A DNA stretch of 24,000 nt, taken from positions 38,659 through 62,658 of the forward strand of contig JALWFG010000019.1 of the NCBI GenBank assembly GCA_027038965.1, read 5' to 3'. Under the pieces are notes generated by a model, which saw only the letters and a program-made list of their open reading frames with translations, had not been told where the DNA came from and did not search any database. This DNA is from Candidatus Desulfofervidaceae bacterium (GTDB taxonomy: Bacteria; Desulfobacterota; Desulfofervidia; Desulfofervidales; Desulfofervidaceae). Positions 19,377 through 24,000 of this stretch are shown here, in pieces; the first letter of the stretch is position 1; every line of letters begins with the position of its first letter. A program made the position numbers and the translations under genes.

Positions 19377-20683
19377 GGGAGGTACTCCTTACTCATCTGG
19401 CCGGTGGCGAGTTCGAAGGCCACCCGGGCGGTTTTCAGGTTGTAGTAAGCCTTTACCAGGGCGGTCTTGGCCCGGAGCCAGGCTTCCTGGGCGGAGAGGA
19501 GGTCTGTCACCGCGCCGGCGCCGGTCTGGTAGCGCACCCTCTCCCGTTCGAAGACTTCCCGGGCATAGGCCTCGGTGGCCTGGTATTTTTCTAGCTGGGC
19601 CCGGGCGGTCTGGATTTGAGTGAGGGCCGTAAGGATCTCTTCCCGGGCCTTGAGGCGCACCGCTTTCAGGTGTTCCTCGGCGGCCAGGACCTGGGCCTGG
19701 TTTTCTCGAAGCCGGTTTCTTTTGCCGCCGGAATCAAAGAGATTGAGCTCGAACCTAAGGCCCGCGGTCCAGACCTCTTCGTCGTGGTGGAGGCCGGCCC
19801 CGGCCCGTCGCCCGTAGGAGGAAAAGAGGGCGACCGTGGGCCAGTAGGCCCGTTTGGCACGCTCCAAGGAGGCCTCGGCCTGTTTGACCCGAAGGGCCGC
19901 GGCCTTTACGTCCGGACGGGCGGCAAGGTAAGTCTCCCCCTCCTCCTCGGCGGGGAGGTCCGATGGGGCCGCTTGGAGGTCCCCGGTAACCTCAAAATCC
20001 GGCCGTTCTTCACCCATGAGGAGGGCGAGGAGGTGTTTGGCCAGCCGAAGATTTTCCTTGGTGGCAAGCAGGGCGGCCTCTTCTTCGCGTAGGGCCCGTT
20101 CAAAATAGAGGAGATCGAGTTTGGCGATCTTCCCCAGACGATATTTGAAGGCGGCCTCTTGGTGCTGTCTCTTAAGGAGAGAGAGCTGTTCTTCTTGGGC
20201 CTGGGCCAGTGTTTTGAGATAGAGAATCTGGTAATAGACCTGTTTCACGTTGGCGATGAGGTCTTCGGTAGACTGGTGGAGGAGACTTTTTTGGACTAGG
20301 GTCTCAAGTTCTTTGATCTTTACTTCCCGGGCTACCCGGCCGCCTTCGTAAAGGGGTAGCGAGAGCTCTACCTCCCAAAAATAGATGTCCCGGCTGAAGG
20401 CCGGGAACTGTCCCCAGCCCTTGATGGGAAGCACCGCCACCGGGTCACTGTGGCGTTCGGCCTGGGCTACGAGATCGGCCCGAAGCCAGCGGTTGGCCGC
20501 GGTGGCTTTCCTGGCGTAGGAGGCCGCCTTTATCTCTTCTTGGCGAGAACGAAGCTCCGGGTGGGTGGAGAGGGCCTTCTTGATGGCGGTGTCCAGGGTG
20601 AGGGTCTTGGCCCCGGTCTTTGCCGGGAAGAGGAGGGCGCAAAGCAAAAGGCCTAGGACAAGGGGCTTGAGGCTACTTCTCAT
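19373..20683 (-). CDS. TolC-family outer-membrane efflux factor
   Basis: 436 aa with signal peptide MRSSLKPLVLGLLLCALLFPAKTGA. Two tandem helical/beta OEP-type repeats have an Ala/Leu/Glu/Arg-rich heptad character. The stop overlaps the MFP start. Confidence 0.88.
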   Translation of the reverse strand: MRSSLKPLVLGLLLCALLFPAKTGAKTLTLDTAIKKALSTHPELRSRQEEIKAASYARKATAANRWLRADLVAQAERHSDPVAVLPIKGWGQFPAFSRDIYFWEVELSLPLYEGGRVAREVKIKELETLVQKSLLHQSTEDLIANVKQVYYQILYLKTLAQAQEEQLSLLKRQHQEAAFKYRLGKIAKLDLLYFERALREEEAALLATKENLRLAKHLLALLMGEERPDFEVTGDLQAAPSDLPAEEEGETYLAARPDVKAAALRVKQAEASLERAKRAYWPTVALFSSYGRRAGAGLHHDEEVWTAGLRFELNLFDSGGKRNRLRENQAQVLAAEEHLKAVRLKAREEILTALTQIQTARAQLEKYQATEAYAREVFERERVRYQTGAGAVTDLLSAQEAWLRAKTALVKAYYNLKTARVAFELATGQMSKEYLP

Positions 20684-21344
20684 GCAGGCCCTCCAAACCC
20701 TTTAGTGCAAAGACAACGATGTATTCCACGAGGACCCTTTTGAAGGTTTCGTCGTAGTCACGGCCGGTCAAGACGCTCACCTTGGGACGGGCAAAGTTGA
20801 AATAGAGGATCTGGGCCAGGAGGCTAAGCACCGCAAGAAGCAGGGCCTCTTCGGAAAGCTTGGGAAAATGGTCCCTTAAGGCTTCCATTACTTCAGATAC
20901 CAGGGGCCTTACGGCCTCTTCGGAAATCACCGCAAAGGCCTTGGTGGGCTCGGTAATCTCACGGGCCAGCAATCGGTAGTGAATAACCCGTTCCTTATCG
21001 TTCATGGGGCCACAGAGCACGGCCTCAGCAAGCGCCCTGATGATGGCTTCGGCTGAGGGCGGGGCCTCTTTATTAAGGCGGGCTCGAAAGTCTTTCCGTA
21101 TGCGCCGGGCCCGTTCGAGAAAACACTCCCGAAAGACCGCAAAGTAAAGGTTCTCCTTGGAACCAAAGTGGTAGTTCACCGCCGAGAGATGTACCTTGGC
21201 GCGGGAGGTGATCTCTCGCACAGTCACCCCATGAAATCCCTTTTCGGCAAAGAGCTCTTCCGCTGCAACAAGGACCTTTTGGCGAGTATCTCGGTCTTTC
21301 TTTGGTCTAGGAGTTGCTAACATACGAACATTTATATCAAACAT
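20673..21344 (-). CDS. TetR/AcrR-family transcriptional regulator, first gene of the efflux operon
   Basis: N-terminal HTH TRQKVLVAAEELFAEKGFHGVTVREITSRAKVHLSAVNYHFGSKENLY. The stop overlaps the OMF start by 11 nt. The start may instead be the second ATG at 21323. Confidence 0.9.
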   Translation of the reverse strand: MFDINVRMLATPRPKKDRDTRQKVLVAAEELFAEKGFHGVTVREITSRAKVHLSAVNYHFGSKENLYFAVFRECFLERARRIRKDFRARLNKEAPPSAEAIIRALAEAVLCGPMNDKERVIHYRLLAREITEPTKAFAVISEEAVRPLVSEVMEALRDHFPKLSEEALLLAVLSLLAQILYFNFARPKVSVLTGRDYDETFKRVLVEYIVVFALKGLEGLHEK

Positions 21345-21530
21345 TCATTCGAAAAGCAAGGGGGAATTTTTAGGAAGCGGGAATCTTGGGCGTTTGGCAG
21401 TTAGCAAAAATTTTATAAATTGGTAGTCCCTACTGCTTCCCAAAAAGCAAATACCATTACCATTAAAGGGCTGCAGGACACTTTTCTGCCCCTTCTAAAT
21501 CGGCGATTGGGCGGGTATTTTAAAATACAA

Positions 21531-21599
21531 AAGAAAATTTTGCTCCAGCATATTGCCGAAATCATTCAATATAGGTCTTTGGATAAAGAAATGGTCTAA
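21531..21599 (+). repeat. Right copy of 69-nt direct repeat: orphan relic of a yifB 3' end (22 codons + stop, frame intact)
   Basis: 60/69 identical to 14360-14428. Translates in the same frame to KKILLQHIAEIIQYRSLDKEMV*. There is no upstream coding continuation. Lies 53 nt upstream of tRNA-Phe. Confidence 0.9.
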
Positions 21600-21615
21600 A
21601 AATATTTTAGACATC

Positions 21616-21642
21616 TTGACAGACAGAATTATTTTTTATACC
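21616..21642 (+). promoter_or_regulatory. Possible tRNA-Phe promoter
   Basis: Consensus -35 TTGACA at 21616-21621. The best -10-like hexamer is TATACC (21637-21642), at a short 15-nt spacing. It would start transcription a few nt before the tRNA 5' end. Confidence 0.3.
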
Positions 21643-21652
21643 TTAAGGAGCA

Positions 21653-21728
<76 letters not shown>

Positions 21729-21746
21729 GCAAAAGCAAGTAATTAA

Positions 21747-21782
21747 GGCCAGTTAGGCCAAGCTCCTAACTGGCCTTTTTGT
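21747..21782 (+). terminator. Rho-independent terminator after tRNA-Phe
   Basis: Perfect 11-bp stem GGCCAGTTAGG (21747-21757) / CCTAACTGGCC (21765-21775) with a 7-nt loop, followed by TTTTTGTTT. Confidence 0.8.
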
Positions 21783-21825
21783 TTGTAAAAAGGCAGGGGT
21801 AAACATGGGGTAAAGATAGACCCTG

Positions 21826-22359
21826 CTAAAAGTTTTTGAAACCATCCCATTTGTCCCATTTTTCTGGCGCCCATGCTACGGGCTTCTTGGACCCCGGGGG
21901 AAAATATCGGCCTTCTCTAAGGCAATATTGCAAGACTTCACACCAGTTGAAAAATGTTTCGTATTTTCTCTTGTTCCCAAGCTTCTGGAGCTCCGTTCTG
22001 ATTTTAAGCGGTATTTTAGGAAGAAGACCCGCTAGCTCTCTGCTGGTAATTGTGGGAAAATCTGAAGAAATGTCTTTTGCGTCCGCCTGTTTTAAAACAT
22101 ACAACCTTCGGCCAAGAAGGAGGTAATGAAAAGGAATAATCCTATTTTGAATAGATGAGAGCGAAAAGCCAGTTTCTTTTGCAGCAGTTTCGGGCAAAAC
22201 AAGGACCGTGCTGTTTTTCCGATTCCACCACTTGGCAACTGGATCATTAGTGTAGCTAAGCTGATCCAGAACAACAGGAAACGGAAAAAAATACAAATAT
22301 AGAATTTTGCCAAAAGGCGAAAGGGCGTAAATTGGTCCCGTCTTTTTTATACTGGACAA
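21826..22359 (-). CDS. Hypothetical protein; apparently the C-terminal ~2/3 of a gene split by a frameshift (see 22256-22582)
   Basis: 177-aa ORF that begins only at a TTG with no RBS. Its first residues (SSIKKTGPIYALSPFGK) read like the wing of the winged-helix domain encoded by the upstream overlapping ORF. No family recognised. Confidence 0.6.
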   Translation of the reverse strand: MSSIKKTGPIYALSPFGKILYLYFFPFPVVLDQLSYTNDPVAKWWNRKNSTVLVLPETAAKETGFSLSSIQNRIIPFHYLLLGRRLYVLKQADAKDISSDFPTITSRELAGLLPKIPLKIRTELQKLGNKRKYETFFNWCEVLQYCLREGRYFPPGSKKPVAWAPEKWDKWDGFKNF

Positions 22360-22582
22360 CTACAGCCTGCTTTTTCTCAAGGCTTTGGAGGGACCTCTTA
22401 CACGCTTTCCCAATAGCTACCTGGATGGAGCTGAGGGAGAGGGCCCCGTGCCAGAGTAGATGTAGAATTTCCTTTTCTAGGGCGTGAATCTGGACTTGTT
22501 TTTTCTTTTTTCTGCCCTTTTCCACGCTTATCTTTTTTCTCCTTTTTAATTTTTTGTCAATAGTTTTGTTGTTTTTTATCAA
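22256..22582 (-). CDS. Winged-helix DNA-binding N-terminal fragment of the same split gene
   Basis: A Lys/Arg-rich N-terminus is followed by ALEKEILHLLWHGALSLSSIQVAIGKACKRSLQSLEKKQAVVVQY, which is wHTH-like. The frame decays into SVSCCSGSA after the A6 run. The start is TTG 22582, or GTG 22525 with AAGGAG 13 nt upstream. Confidence 0.45.
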   Translation of the reverse strand: MIKNNKTIDKKLKRRKKISVEKGRKKKKQVQIHALEKEILHLLWHGALSLSSIQVAIGKACKRSLQSLEKKQAVVVQYKKDGTNLRPFAFWQNSIFVFFSVSCCSGSA

Positions 22583-22610
22583 TAGGTTTTAACAGTTAAA
22601 TCAATAGGTT
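22557..22610. repeat. Three iteron-like direct repeats TCAATAG(G)TT at an exact 22-bp period
   Basis: TCAATAGTTTT at 22557, TCAATAGGTTTT at 22579 and TCAATAGGTT at 22601. The second and third copies share the 11-mer ATCAATAGGTT. They lie at the 5' end/upstream of the wHTH gene, next to an AT/homopolymer-rich spacer (22611-22766). Confidence 0.6.
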
Positions 22611-22766
22611 AAGACAAAATAAAGCATTTCTTTTGATTTTTACGAGAGAAAACAAAAACAGTTTTTTTACTTCGCTTTAACCTCTTTTACTCTCTTTTTT
22701 TGTTTTTTGTCGGAGAAAAAAAGACACTAATTTTTGGTAGGAGAGAAAAAAAAGAGGTAAGCGAAA

Positions 22767-23414
22767 ATGCAAAAGAGAAGAAAGGAAAAAGAGAGAAAAG
22801 AGAATCTGCTGCTCTTCTGGCAGGTTCAAGAACAAGTTCAGAATTTTTTTGAAAACAAGGGTATTTACGCAACAGAGACGATCACAGCATATGTGACAAT
22901 ATGTGTTGCCGTTCAGGCCATCAACCACAAGTGGAAACAAGTCTACGACTGGAAAATTGCCGAGGCCCTGGCTCAACTCTACCGTCACGAACCAATCGAA
23001 AGGCCCCGAATGCAAGGAAAATCGGCCATTCTTCGCTTTCTGGCAACCTGGGACGCGTGGACCTTGGAGAAGCACCCCACTGTCCACTTTTCAACCCTAG
23101 AGAGAACAGACGGCAGCCTGCTGGCTGAGGAGTTTTTGATCCCGACCGACGAACCGGCCCCGGAATCGGAACCAACAGAGAAAATCAAAGCAGAAATTGA
23201 GCAATTTTTTGGCGGGATTTGGGCCTATGCCGAAGCGGCCCTTGAAGAAAACCTGCGGAGAAATCAGCGAAAAAAGGAAAGGGAACGGCTAAAACAGCAG
23301 CAGCTTTTTGCCATATCTTCTGAGCCCAAACCCAGGGAAAAGAAAAGAAAAAAGCACCCCCGGCGCAGGCGCCGGCCGTTTAGGCCCGGGCCAGGGCCGG
23401 CGGCACCGGCTTAG
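22767..23414 (+). CDS. Hypothetical protein with basic N-terminus and extremely basic, Pro/Gly-rich C-terminal tail
   Basis: 215-aa ORF with AGAGGT 9 nt upstream of the ATG. Divergent from the wHTH gene. No family recognised. The tail is KKRKKHPRRRRRPFRPGPGPAAPA. Confidence 0.6.
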   Translation: MQKRRKEKERKENLLLFWQVQEQVQNFFENKGIYATETITAYVTICVAVQAINHKWKQVYDWKIAEALAQLYRHEPIERPRMQGKSAILRFLATWDAWTLEKHPTVHFSTLERTDGSLLAEEFLIPTDEPAPESEPTEKIKAEIEQFFGGIWAYAEAALEENLRRNQRKKERERLKQQQLFAISSEPKPREKKRKKHPRRRRRPFRPGPGPAAPA

Positions 23415-23562
23415 GCCGGCCGGGATTGCACTTTTGCACTTTATTGATAGGGAGGTGATGAGGGATGTAGCAAGGGCAAGGCAGTAAAAAGGAGGGAAAG
23501 CCAGAGGCGGAGGAGGAGGAAAAGAAGGAAAAAACAAAAAAACAAAACAAGGAGGTAAAACG

Positions 23563-24000
23563 ATGATTGACCTTGAAACCTACGGTTACGAGGTGGAGTT
23601 TGCCGCAAAGAACGGCGACGAACTCAAAAAAATCGGGCTCCATCCTTTTTTTACGATCCTCCCTCCCTCTCATGTAGTTCGAGATGGTTGGTTGTGCGCT
23701 TACAAAAATCACAGAGATGAAAAAAAGAAAGTCGACATAATCGAGATAGAAAAAATTTGTCCGATGTTCTGGATTTCAGCCGTGGCGAACCCCGTAGAAG
23801 GGGATGAAGGCGGCGTGATGATCCTTAAGCGAGCAGATGGAGCCGCAAAAGTCTTTTCTTACCGCGACATTTCCGACCCCCGGAAAGCGGGCTGCATCTT
23901 AGCCGACTTTCTGGAGGTGCCTTTTACTACCGATACTAGAAAAACAGTATTGCTGTATTTGCGGAGTTTTTTCCTAAAAAACCTAAGAAATATCCGCAGC
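23563..24000 (+). CDS. Hypothetical protein, N-terminal 146 codons (runs off window); possibly the N-terminal region of a DUF927-type primase/helicase replication protein
   Basis: My own translation: MIDLETYGYEVEFAAKNGDELKKIGLHPFF...ICPMFWISAVANPVEGDEGGVMILKRADGAAKVFSYRDISDPRKAGCILADFLEVPFTTDTRKTVLLYLRSF. It is open to the window end, and AAGGAGGT lies 7 nt upstream. This ORF is not in the supplied track because it has no stop. The functional guess rests on remembered family pattern only. Confidence 0.7.
   Translation, partial: MIDLETYGYEVEFAAKNGDELKKIGLHPFFTILPPSHVVRDGWLCAYKNHRDEKKKVDIIEIEKICPMFWISAVANPVEGDEGGVMILKRADGAAKVFSYRDISDPRKAGCILADFLEVPFTTDTRKTVLLYLRSFFLKNLRNIRS

Larger units (their letters stand above)
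14429..21530. mobile_element. Putative horizontally acquired genomic island (~7.1 kb, GC-rich; efflux operon + reductase remnant), no recombinase recognised
   Basis: Bracketed by the 69-nt direct repeat. Hand counts give 39/60 G+C at 15241-15300 versus 24/60 at 6421-6480. All island genes are on the minus strand with G/C-ending codons. Confidence 0.65.
21783..24000. mobile_element. Putative edge of an integrated plasmid/virus-like element next to tRNA-Phe (partial; no recombinase seen in the visible part)
   Basis: Begins right after the tRNA terminator. Contains orphan genes, a split winged-helix gene, iteron-like repeats, long homopolymer/purine tracts and a DUF927-like ORF. There is no housekeeping content. 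Confidence 0.35.

Noticed and set aside
15802-20656. Many sizeable plus-strand ORFs in the supplied track (for example 15802-16215, 16376-16705, 17047-17298, 18621-18929, 19228-19623, 19616-20092, 20450-20656).
   Set aside because: All are antisense to strongly supported RND/MFP/OMF genes. Their Arg/Gly/Pro-rich low-complexity translations are what stop-poor antisense frames give in DNA above 60% GC. None has a convincing RBS or a family motif.
21316-21350. AACATT-N8-AACATT direct repeat overlapping the tetR start codons; considered as the TetR operator.
   Set aside because: It is too short and is not a palindrome, as TetR operators normally are. It cannot be distinguished from chance.
21796-21814. 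GGGGTAAA repeated twice 11 bp apart right after the tRNA terminator; considered as recombinase arm-type sites or att core.
   Set aside because: An 8-mer recurring within ~20 bp is expected several times by chance in a window this size. It is not matched anywhere else in the window.
21826-22359. Whether the ORF adjacent to tRNA-Phe is an integrase, as its position would suggest.
   Set aside because: There is no R...HxxR...Y tyrosine-recombinase pattern and no serine-recombinase N-terminal motif in the 177-aa (or repaired 251-aa) sequence.
22677-23087. 136-aa minus-strand ORF overlapping the 215-aa plus-strand ORF.
   Set aside because: It has no RBS, and its Leu/Phe/Ser-rich low-complexity translation derives from the complement of a purine-rich tract. 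The plus-strand ORF has an RBS and a more protein-like composition.
22620-23560. Purine-rich and homopolymer tracts (22620-22766, 23480-23560), checked for CRISPR-like or tandem-repeat organisation.
   Set aside because: There is no repeat-spacer periodicity and no conserved unit of 20 nt or more. This is simple low-complexity sequence.

Overview
Bacterial chromosomal window, most likely from a thermophilic diderm: it has a full-length reverse gyrase, the LPS gene kdsB and a TolC-type outer-membrane factor. Positions 1-14.4 kb are a compact housekeeping backbone of roughly 40% GC. It holds the 3' part of a DedA/YqaA membrane protein, mnmG, then on the minus strand pilD, a small lipoprotein, rsmE and prmA, then an HD phosphohydrolase. 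A tightly packed co-directional run follows: rgy-kdsB-nadC-rtcB-yifB/comM, with gaps of 15, 4, 28 and 2 nt. At about 14.43 kb the composition steps up to roughly 60-65% GC for about 7.1 kb. This block carries a 5'-truncated nitrite/sulfite-reductase-like remnant and a translationally coupled tetR-OMF-MFP-RND efflux operon, all on the minus strand. It is bracketed by a 69-nt imperfect direct repeat (60/69 identical) that is the last 22 codons plus stop of yifB. The orphan copy sits 53 nt upstream of tRNA-Phe(GAA). I read this as a horizontally acquired island integrated at the yifB 3' end. Downstream of the tRNA and its terminator (21.8-24.0 kb) is an AT-rich, homopolymer-rich block of orphan genes that looks like the edge of an integrated plasmid/virus-like replicon. 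It contains a winged-helix gene split by a 1-nt frameshift in an A6 run, three iteron-like repeats at an exact 22-bp period, an orphan highly basic protein, and a DUF927-like ORF that runs off the window. No rRNA, CRISPR array, transposase or integrase was recognised. All function calls rest on motif recognition by eye, not on database searches.
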